This document shows positions 17,778 to 25,628 of a stretch of 64,000 nucleotides of DNA, piece after piece (positions within the stretch are counted from its first letter, which is position 1; the number at the start of each line of letters is the position of its first letter). The stretch is from an uncultured Saprospiraceae bacterium (GTDB lineage Bacteria; Bacteroidota; Bacteroidia; Chitinophagales; Saprospiraceae), in assembly GCA_964484205.1 (NCBI GenBank), contig CAZAEZ010000009.1:24035-88034 (forward strand), read 5' to 3'. The notes below the pieces were generated by a model, which did not search any database, was not told where the DNA came from, and saw nothing but the letters and a program-made list of their open reading frames with translations. The translations under genes and the position numbers were made by a program.

Positions 17778-19301
17778 ATGAAGAAACTAACTGCCATGCT
17801 TTTTCTCGCCGTCCTGGCTTTCGCTGCCCAGGCCCAAAACAACTACTCCCAAGCCATCCAGCAAGGCGATGCCGCCCTGCGCCGTGGGGAATACAAAACG
17901 GCGATAAAAAAATACTTCGCGGCAGAGGCGTTCGATCCGTCGAAAAAGGATGTGGTGCAGCGGAAGGTGGAGGTTGCGTTTGACAAGATTGAGGCGCTGC
18001 GGGTGGAAGCGGAGCGGGCAAAAACAGAGGCTAAAGTTGCCTTGCAAAAGGCAGATAAACTCATAAATGCATTTTACTTCTATGCCGACCGGTTCGCATT
18101 GGCATTTAAGGCTGGTCAGTTTTACTTCATTGACAAAAATGGCGATGAAATTGAAATGCTTGGTCGTTGGGGAAAGGCAGAACAATTTGACTATGACGGG
18201 TTTGCAAAAGTTAGTGACAACAATACAACCTATTTGCTCGATACACTGGGCAATAAATTTCCGGCAGCATTTGATGTAAAAGATTTAAAGTCTGGAATAC
18301 TGGCATTGGATTTATCACACAAGGAATTAACAGAATTCCCCAAAGAAGTTTTTCAGCATAAACAGCTAAAGATTTTGCGATTGGGATTATGCAAATTGAC
18401 GCAACTGCCGGCGGAAATAGGGGTAATGAAAAGTTTGATTCGTTTAGATTTGGGAGGTAATAAATTGACGAGTTTGCCCCCGGCAATCGGACAATTGGAA
18501 AATTTAATCACGTTGCAGTTGAACTATAACGCCTTGACTTCTTTGCCCAACGAAATAGGGGGTTTAAAAAACTTAAGCACCCTGGATCTAAGAAATAATC
18601 AACTGCAACGTCTCCCCGAAGGATTTAAAGCGTTGGGGAAATTGCGTGCACTGGATTTGAGTATCAACCAGCTATCCAGTTTTCCAGTCGAAATATTAGG
18701 GTTAAAAAATTTACTCTTATTGGATTTGAGCGTCACCAAACTGCGTGATCTGCCCACCCAAATCAACAACTTGGAAAACTTATCATCGTTGGATTTAGGT
18801 TCTAATGCATTAACCAGCTTACCGGCTGAAATTGGAGGTCTGAAAAATTTACGCACTCTGGACCTATTCGAAAACCAATTGGGCAGCCTGCCGGCTCAAA
18901 TTGGGTTATTATCAAACCTGACATACTTAGGGTTAAATAGGAACCAGCTGATGTCTCTGCCTGCCGATATCGGGAAACTAAAAAATTTAACGGAACTGGA
19001 TTTGTTTGGAAATCCATTGAAAACATTGCCGCCACAAATTGGCGCATTAAAAAACCTGCGGAATCTGGATTTGGGGGGGTGTAAGCTTAGCCGTATTCCA
19101 CCGGAGATCGGAGGGGCAACAAACCTGGTCAGTCTAAATTTAATTTTTAATGAATTAACCAGCCTTCCTGAACAAATAGGGAACCTTAAAAATCTAAAGG
19201 AATTGTTTCTGAATGAAAACTATTTCCCGGATACAGAACTGGCAAAAATCAAGCGCCGCTTACCGGCCTGTGATATTAGTAGCTACCCGTTTACAGAGTA
19301 G
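17778..19301 (+). CDS. secreted leucine-rich-repeat protein, paralog 2
   Basis: ATG 17778 lies 4 nt after the AbiEii stop and gives 'MKKLTAMLFLAVLAFAAQAQ'. It has the same N-terminal module, WG-like repeats and about 14 LRRs. It ends 'AKIKRRLPACDISSYPFTE'. Confidence 0.85.
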   Translation: MKKLTAMLFLAVLAFAAQAQNNYSQAIQQGDAALRRGEYKTAIKKYFAAEAFDPSKKDVVQRKVEVAFDKIEALRVEAERAKTEAKVALQKADKLINAFYFYADRFALAFKAGQFYFIDKNGDEIEMLGRWGKAEQFDYDGFAKVSDNNTTYLLDTLGNKFPAAFDVKDLKSGILALDLSHKELTEFPKEVFQHKQLKILRLGLCKLTQLPAEIGVMKSLIRLDLGGNKLTSLPPAIGQLENLITLQLNYNALTSLPNEIGGLKNLSTLDLRNNQLQRLPEGFKALGKLRALDLSINQLSSFPVEILGLKNLLLLDLSVTKLRDLPTQINNLENLSSLDLGSNALTSLPAEIGGLKNLRTLDLFENQLGSLPAQIGLLSNLTYLGLNRNQLMSLPADIGKLKNLTELDLFGNPLKTLPPQIGALKNLRNLDLGGCKLSRIPPEIGGATNLVSLNLIFNELTSLPEQIGNLKNLKELFLNENYFPDTELAKIKRRLPACDISSYPFTE

Positions 19302-19368
19302 CGTAGCTCCACCGCTCTGAATTGAAAAACAGACACCAATGGAAACAACCTGGAAATTCGAACCTCCT

Positions 19369-20769
19369 ATGAAATTAATATCCTGTCTCCTGTTTTTATT
19401 TTTCCTGCCGCTCGCTGCCCAGGCCCAAAACAACTACACCCAGGCCATCCAGCAAGGCGATGCCGCCCTGCGCCGGGGTGAATACAAAACGGCGATAAAA
19501 AAATACTTCGCGGCGGAGGCCTTTGATCCCTCGAAAAAGGATGTGGTGCAGCGGAAAGTGGAAGTGGCGTTTGACAAGATTGAGGCGCTGCGGGTGGAAG
19601 CGGAGCGGGCATTTAAGCAGGTGAAGGCAGAGCAGGAGAAAACGCAGGCGGCTTTGGACAGGGCCGACAAACTGGTGGAGGCCTTTTATTTCTATGCCGG
19701 GCGCTTTGCGCTGGCTTACAACGATTACCACTACTATTTCATAGACAAAAATGGAAACCCGATAGAAAAACTGGGCTATTGGGATCAGGCCGGACAATTT
19801 ACCAATGAAGGCTTTGCCCGTGTTTCACCCTATGATGTGGACACCATTGTAACACGGGATACAACTACGTATGAAGAGCGCGTACAAATCCTACGGAATT
19901 CATCCTTAGACTATTTTTTAATAGACACGACAGGTAAAAAATACCTGGTTTCCACCGATGAGCCGGAGAAAGAGCCCGGCATTGCTGCGCTGGGTTTTAG
20001 TTTTAATCAGTTGAAGGAGTTTCCGGAAAAAATATTCAATTATCCCGCGCTTGAAATATTGGAGATCAATGGCAATGAAATCGAAAAAATTCCACCACAA
20101 ATTGGAACACTCAAACAGCTCCGGTTTTTATACCTGAGTCAAAACAACATAAACTCCCTGCCACCTGAAATTGGCGAATTAATCGATCTGGAACGCCTGT
20201 ATTTAAAAGGTAATGATTTGACAACCCTTCCTATAGAACTGGGCCGGTTAACCAAGTTAAAAATATTGGATTTAACGAATAACCCTGTACACGAAAGTGA
20301 AGTTGAGAAAATCCGGAAATTACTGCCTGACTGCCTGATTCGGGGCGGGTATTCGTTCGGAGCAATTTCCAGTCTGTATTGGAGTTCGAAGCGCTTTCGG
20401 GAAGCCTATGATTATATGAAAAAAGATCTCGAGGAAAAGGAGTATGCGTCTGATAACTGGTACGATTGGGAAACCTGGAGCTGGCGGGCAATGCATGCCG
20501 CGAAATATGAAGAAGCAATCCTGTATGCTCAAAAAGCCCTCGAGGTTAACTTTTTGGCAGAAGGTGTGCTCTCCTATCTTGCCCTCGGCTATCTGCTAAA
20601 CAACCAATGGCCTGAAGCCGAAAAAATTTATTTAAAATGGAAAGGGCGCTTTTGTCAGGGTACTTTTAAATACTGCGACAGGATTTTTTTGGAAGACATC
20701 GCCAAACTCGAAGCCGCCAACATCACCCACCCCGATTTTGAAAAAGTGCGGCAGCTATTCAAAAAATAG
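19369..20769 (+). CDS. secreted leucine-rich-repeat protein, paralog 3 (few LRRs plus W/Y-rich TPR-like C-terminal domain)
   Basis: 'MKLISCLLFLFFLPLAAQAQ' from ATG 19369 (alternative ATG 19339). The N-terminal module is identical in protein sequence to paralog 2 over ~54 aa. About 4 LRRs follow, then 'YEEAILYAQKALEVNFLAEGVLSYLALGYLLNNQWPEAEKIYLKW'. Confidence 0.8.
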   Translation: MKLISCLLFLFFLPLAAQAQNNYTQAIQQGDAALRRGEYKTAIKKYFAAEAFDPSKKDVVQRKVEVAFDKIEALRVEAERAFKQVKAEQEKTQAALDRADKLVEAFYFYAGRFALAYNDYHYYFIDKNGNPIEKLGYWDQAGQFTNEGFARVSPYDVDTIVTRDTTTYEERVQILRNSSLDYFLIDTTGKKYLVSTDEPEKEPGIAALGFSFNQLKEFPEKIFNYPALEILEINGNEIEKIPPQIGTLKQLRFLYLSQNNINSLPPEIGELIDLERLYLKGNDLTTLPIELGRLTKLKILDLTNNPVHESEVEKIRKLLPDCLIRGGYSFGAISSLYWSSKRFREAYDYMKKDLEEKEYASDNWYDWETWSWRAMHAAKYEEAILYAQKALEVNFLAEGVLSYLALGYLLNNQWPEAEKIYLKWKGRFCQGTFKYCDRIFLEDIAKLEAANITHPDFEKVRQLFKK

Positions 20770-20776
20770 ATTCAAC

Positions 20777-20893
20777 CACCACGGAGGCACGGAGCACACG
20801 GAGATTTTTCTCCTAAGAAAAAAGCAAAAATCCTGTCAATCCTGTCCAACTCAAAAAACCGCCAAAGTCGCCCCTCCTCCATGCCTCCGTAGT
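20777..20893. repeat. family A palindromic intergenic element, copy 2 (degenerate right arm)
   Basis: caccacggaggcacggagcacacggagat ... ctccatgcctccgtagtg, between convergent stops (20769 and 20903). Confidence 0.8.
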
Positions 20894-20902
20894 GAAAAAA
20901 AA

Positions 20903-21373
20903 CTACCGCCCCACCTCCTGCATATCCGAATAATAAATCAACTCCCACTCATCATTAAACTGCTTCATAAAACGCCGTTCCAGGCCATAGTTGGCCGCGG
21001 CATACCGAATGCGCTCGATGATCAGCTCATCGCTCAACACTTCCCAACTCCGTTTAAACTCGCTCGTGCTGAAATCCACCGGGCGGTGCATGACCCAGTC
21101 TTTGGGTTCCCAGGAAGTGGCGCGTTTCATCTGGTGCGTGCTGTCGACGGCAAACGACGCGTCGCCTTGCAGCGGCCAGGCGATATGCGCCATTTGGTAG
21201 AGGCTGTCGCGGTGAAATTTTTGATAAAACTCCATAAAATCCGAGGGCAGCTTCACCTCGGCGGCCTGCGTGGTTTGGGCCGCCTGATCGGGTATATTGG
21301 CGGAGGAAGGTGTTTGGTTGCGGCAGGCAAACAGGCCGGCCAGGGCAAGGAAAATCAATAGCGTACGCAGCAT
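20903..21373 (-). CDS. lipoprotein, DUF4348-like
   Basis: ATG 21373 gives 'MLRTLLIFLALAGLFAC' (lipobox). 'DFMEFYQKFHRDSLYQMAHIAWPL' resembles the DUF4348 family as I recall it. Confidence 0.6.
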   Translation of the reverse strand: MLRTLLIFLALAGLFACRNQTPSSANIPDQAAQTTQAAEVKLPSDFMEFYQKFHRDSLYQMAHIAWPLQGDASFAVDSTHQMKRATSWEPKDWVMHRPVDFSTSEFKRSWEVLSDELIIERIRYAAANYGLERRFMKQFNDEWELIYYSDMQEVGR

Positions 21374-21476
21374 GCAATGTTGTTTGACGATCATGGAAAA
21401 AGGCAAAAATAAACGACCGCTGTAAAACGCCGGTCACGCCGGTATATTTGCGGACTTTTATAATTTCTTGCGTCCG

Positions 21477-21842
21477 ATGAAAGGCCTCGCCACCATTGCC
21501 CTGCTCCTGCTTTCCAACGTGTTCATGACCTTTGCCTGGTACGGGCACCTGCGTTTTCAACACCTGTCTTTTTTTCAAAAAACCGGCCTCTTCGGCATCG
21601 TGCTGGCCTCCTGGCTGATCGCTTTTTTGGAGTATTGTTTCATGGTGCCGGCCAACCGCATGGGCTACCTCGGCAACGGCGGCCCCTTCACACTCGTCCA
21701 GCTCAAGGTGATCCAGGAAGTGATCACCCTGCTGGTTTTCACGCTGTTCACCCTTGTTTTTTTCAAAAATGAGCCCCTGAAATGGAACCATTTCGTCGGC
21801 TTTATCTTCCTCGTGTTGGCCGTTTATTTTATCCGGAAATAA
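21477..21842 (+). CDS. DMT-superfamily small membrane protein (DUF486-like)
   Basis: 'NVFMTFAWYGHLRF', 'FLEYCFMVPANRMGY' and 'QLKVIQEVITLLVF'. Four predicted TM helices. ATG 21477 is preferred over TTG 21468. Confidence 0.75.
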   Translation: MKGLATIALLLLSNVFMTFAWYGHLRFQHLSFFQKTGLFGIVLASWLIAFLEYCFMVPANRMGYLGNGGPFTLVQLKVIQEVITLLVFTLFTLVFFKNEPLKWNHFVGFIFLVLAVYFIRK

Positions 21843-21868
21843 CGAACTTAGCCGCAAACAACCCAAAC

Positions 21869-24800
21869 ATGCCACCGTCCACCGACCTGAACATCACCAT
21901 CATCTCCGCCGGCGCCGGCAGCGGCAAAACCTACACGCTCACCCAACGCATGGTGGCGCTGATGCAATCGGGCGTCCGCGCGCGGGGGATCATGGCTACC
22001 ACCTTCACCCAAAAAGCCGCCGCCGAACTACAGGAGCGCGTGCGCGCCCGCTTGCTCGAAACCGGCATGACGGAGGCCGCCAACGACCTCGGCAATGCGC
22101 TTATCGGCACGGTGCACAGCATCGGCGTGCGGCTGCTCCAGCGCTTCGCCTTCGAACTCGGCGTATCGCCACTGGTGGAGATCATCGCCGACGGCGACCA
22201 GCAGCGCATGTTCAACGAATCGCTCGCGCAGGTCCTCCACGAAGACCGCATCGCCACCATCAACCAACTGGCCGACCGGCTCGGGCTCACCAAAAAAACC
22301 GACCGCGACCCCTACGACTGGCGCCGCGACATCCGCGACATCACCGACGTGGCCCGCGCCAACAACTTCGAGCGGGCGGTTTTGGAAAAAAGCAAAAAAC
22401 TGTCCTGGGAAACTTTCGAGCAAATGCTCGGCCCCGCCGGTACCGACTCGGCCCAAACCTGGCACAACCGCCTGCTGAGCCATATCGACCAAACCGTCGC
22501 CGCCCTCGAAGCCAACGAAGCCGACGAAACCAAAACGACCCGCAACGCCATCGAAGACCTCCGCAACCTGCAAAACCAACTCAAGTGGCGTGGCGAACTC
22601 TACTGGCACGAATGGGTCAAGATCAGCAAGTTGTCGGTGGCCGTCAAAAGCCGCGACCTGTTCGAAGAACTCAAGGAGTTTGCCCGCAGCCACGACCGGC
22701 ACCCGCAGTTCCGGAGCGATATCCGCAATTTTATCGAGCACATCTTCGACTGCGCCATTGATGCCCTGACCGAGTATGAGCATTACAAGAAAAAACGCGG
22801 CCTGATCGACTACACCGACATGGAAACCTACGTGAGCCGCCTGCTCCGCATGGAACCCGTGCGGGCTGCCCTGCGCGGTGAACTGGACCTCCTGCTCGTC
22901 GATGAATTTCAGGACACCTCCCCCATCCAACTCGATATTTTCCTGCAACTCAGCCGCCTGGCCCGCCACTCCATCTGGGTCGGCGACCCCAAGCAAAGCA
23001 TCTACGGTTTTCGCGGCGCCGAACCCGCACTCATGCAGGCCATCATCCAGGCTACCGGCGGCGTGCAGCCCGAAAACGTGCTGGGCAAATCGTGGCGCAG
23101 CCGCCCGGACATCGTGTACACCGTGAACGCCATTTTTACCCGGGCATTCCCGGACTTGCCGGTGGAGCAGGTGGCTTTGGAACCGGCAAACCCCACCCCC
23201 GGCCCCTCCCCCCGGGGGGAGGGGGGCTCGCTCTCATCTTCTGCTGATGTTTCTGTGTCCGGTAGTCAACAAGCTTCCTTGTTTACGGAAGAACCACAAA
23301 AAAATCCAACCCAATCCACCGACCAAAACTCTGCCAGAGGGCAAGCCCCCCTCCCCCCGGGGGGAGGGGCCGGGGGTGGGGTCCTCCACTGGCACTTCCA
23401 AAACGAACTCGACCTCCGAAAAGTCCCCGGCAGCCCCTGGATGGAAAACTGTATCGCCGCCCGCATCCGGGTGCTGCTCGACCGGCAGACCCCCGTGTGG
23501 AACAAAAAACGCGACACCAGCCGTCCGGCCCGACCCGGCGACATCGCGGTGCTTTGCCGGACCAACTACGGCTGCGACGCTATGGCCGAGGCGCTCCACC
23601 GCGCGGGCCTGAAAGCCGCCATTGCACGGGCGGGCCTGCTCGAAACCCGGGAGGGCAAACTGGCGTTGGCCTGCCTCAAATACCTGCTTAATCCCTCCGA
23701 TGCCCTGAGCACCGCGGAAATTCTTACCCTCACCGGCGCCCTTAGCCTGGAGGAACTCGTCGATAGCCGGATCGACTACCTGGTTACACTCCAGGAGGGC
23801 TGGGACCCCGGCCGCTGGGCCACGGAGCACGATTTTATCCGCCGCCTCATGGACCTCCGGCCGCGCACCGCCGACCTGAGTGCCTCCGAAATTCTCAACC
23901 TGGCACTCGACGAACTGGACCTCCGCCGCCTGGCTGCCCGCTTCGGCAATGTGGCCCAGCGGCTCGACAACCTCGACCGCCTGCGCTACTACGCCCTCGA
24001 ATACGAATCGGCCTGCCAGCGCTTGCACGCTGCGGCCTCCCTGGGCGGTTTTTTGCTTTGGCTCGACGAACTGGCCCGCAGCGGGCAAGACCTTCAGGGC
24101 AGCGGCGAAAGCCCCGACGCTGTGCAGGTGCTCACCTACCACAAAAGCAAGGGGCTGGAGTTTCCCATCGCCATTTGCCACAACCTGAACAACACCCTCC
24201 GGGAAAAAGTGTGGGGCGTCAACCTCGTCGCCGAACGGGACGAACCCGATCTGGAGGATATTCTCGGCCACCGCTGGTTGCGCTTTTGGGTAAATCCGTA
24301 CAGCGACCAGTGGCGCGGCACCCCGCTCCAGGAAACCCTGGAAAGCAGCGATGTTTGGGCGGAAGCCTCCAAACAGGCCCGGGAAGAGGAAGCCCGCCTG
24401 CTCTACGTGGGCCTTACCCGCGCCCGCGATTACCTCGTTTTCCCAACCAATGTCAAAGGCACGCCCTGGCTCAACCGCGTGTTCAACGCCGGCAATGGCG
24501 AGATCAACACCCTCGAACCCGATAGCGACGAGACGCCGTTTATCTGGAAAAACCAGGTGGTGTACTGCGAAAACGAGCCGCTGTTCATGCCCGTGGATTT
24601 TCCGGAAGACCAATCGGTGGAAACCACCGTGCCCTTCCATCCGCCGCATGCCGGCAAACACCACCTCGACCGCCTGCCGTACCGCATCGACCTGCTGAAC
24701 GAATGGCCGCCCGGGTTTGATTACAACCTCGAAGAACCACAGGCTTTTTCCAACTGGCTGGAATTTCGCGGCGAGTACACCCCGGCGATCAACAAGGCCG

Positions 24801-25252
24801 TGCAAACCTTCCTGGCTACCGATGATCCGCAACTCGCCCCGGAACAACGCCGGGCACTTGCCGGGCTGCAATTGCAGCTGCGCGGCGTGACGGCGGCTTT
24901 GGATGCGGAAATGCTGGTCCGGCATTCCACGGCATTCCGGCAATTTGCCGAAAAACGGTTTGCACCGCAGCGTTGGTTGCCCAAGTTCCCGTTTGAAGGT
25001 CCGGCAGGCCGGCGCTGGCTAAAAATGGAAGTTGATTTAATGTTGGAAAATGCCGATACGGTTTACCTGCTTACCTTCGTACATTTTGCCGAAGGCATGA
25101 AAAAATGGAAGGAACAGGCGCGCTACGGCGCTCAAATGAGCGGTTGGCTGAGTCGGCTGGCACCGCAGGCTTTTCCGGGGAAGATGGTGGAATACTGGCT
25201 GGTTTATGCTTTGGAAGGGAGTGTGAGCCGAATTTCTACCGGCATGCAATAA
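21869..25252 (+). CDS. UvrD/Rep/AddA-like SF1 DNA helicase, long form
   Basis: Motifs seen: 'SAGAGSGKTYTL' (I), 'LLVDEFQDTS' (II), 'VGDPKQSIYGFRGA' (III), 'VLTYHKSKGLEFP' (V), 'LLYVGLTRARDYLVF' (VI). ATG 21869 is preferred because the earlier start overlaps the previous gene. Confidence 0.9.
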   Translation: MPPSTDLNITIISAGAGSGKTYTLTQRMVALMQSGVRARGIMATTFTQKAAAELQERVRARLLETGMTEAANDLGNALIGTVHSIGVRLLQRFAFELGVSPLVEIIADGDQQRMFNESLAQVLHEDRIATINQLADRLGLTKKTDRDPYDWRRDIRDITDVARANNFERAVLEKSKKLSWETFEQMLGPAGTDSAQTWHNRLLSHIDQTVAALEANEADETKTTRNAIEDLRNLQNQLKWRGELYWHEWVKISKLSVAVKSRDLFEELKEFARSHDRHPQFRSDIRNFIEHIFDCAIDALTEYEHYKKKRGLIDYTDMETYVSRLLRMEPVRAALRGELDLLLVDEFQDTSPIQLDIFLQLSRLARHSIWVGDPKQSIYGFRGAEPALMQAIIQATGGVQPENVLGKSWRSRPDIVYTVNAIFTRAFPDLPVEQVALEPANPTPGPSPRGEGGSLSSSADVSVSGSQQASLFTEEPQKNPTQSTDQNSARGQAPLPPGGGAGGGVLHWHFQNELDLRKVPGSPWMENCIAARIRVLLDRQTPVWNKKRDTSRPARPGDIAVLCRTNYGCDAMAEALHRAGLKAAIARAGLLETREGKLALACLKYLLNPSDALSTAEILTLTGALSLEELVDSRIDYLVTLQEGWDPGRWATEHDFIRRLMDLRPRTADLSASEILNLALDELDLRRLAARFGNVAQRLDNLDRLRYYALEYESACQRLHAAASLGGFLLWLDELARSGQDLQGSGESPDAVQVLTYHKSKGLEFPIAICHNLNNTLREKVWGVNLVAERDEPDLEDILGHRWLRFWVNPYSDQWRGTPLQETLESSDVWAEASKQAREEEARLLYVGLTRARDYLVFPTNVKGTPWLNRVFNAGNGEINTLEPDSDETPFIWKNQVVYCENEPLFMPVDFPEDQSVETTVPFHPPHAGKHHLDRLPYRIDLLNEWPPGFDYNLEEPQAFSNWLEFRGEYTPAINKAVQTFLATDDPQLAPEQRRALAGLQLQLRGVTAALDAEMLVRHSTAFRQFAEKRFAPQRWLPKFPFEGPAGRRWLKMEVDLMLENADTVYLLTFVHFAEGMKKWKEQARYGAQMSGWLSRLAPQAFPGKMVEYWLVYALEGSVSRISTGMQ
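23191..23381. repeat. 191-bp palindromic (MITE-like) element embedded in frame in the helicase CDS
   Basis: Perfect 36-bp terminal inverted repeats: ccccacccccggcccctccccccggggggagggggg (23191-23226) and its exact reverse complement (23346-23381). It translates as low-complexity 'PTPGPSPRGEGG...APLPPGGGAGGG'. Confidence 0.85.
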
Positions 25253-25310
25253 CTTGTTTACCTGTTCATGCGGATCAATGGGGGTAAATTTGCCCAAATC
25301 AACCATTTGA

Positions 25311-25454
25311 CTTGTCATGTCGGAGCGCAGCGGAGATACCTACACAAGTATAATTTGCAGGATGTACCGAAAAAACGGAGTTTGTAGCGTTTCTCAGTAC
25401 TTCAAAGATCATGGAACTTTTGTAGATGTCTCCGCTGCGCTACGACATGACAAG
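25311..25454. repeat. family B-related palindromic element (variant, flipped arm order)
   Basis: cttgtcatgtcggagcgcagcggagatacctaca ... tgtagatgtctccgctgcgctacgacatgacaag. It shares the ttgtcatgtcg / gagacatct modules of family B. Confidence 0.75.
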
Positions 25455-25628
25455 CGTCATGGGTGGATTTCGATTAGTTGCTCCCTGATTCGCATAATCC
25501 CTTTATAACCTACCAATGTATGCCGGTACCGGTTCGGTTAAAATTTAAAAACGATTGGATTCTGCGCGCATTGGCAAGCACATATGTGAAATTGGGAAAG
25601 TCAAATTGCGCACGGGCAGGCACTTGGG

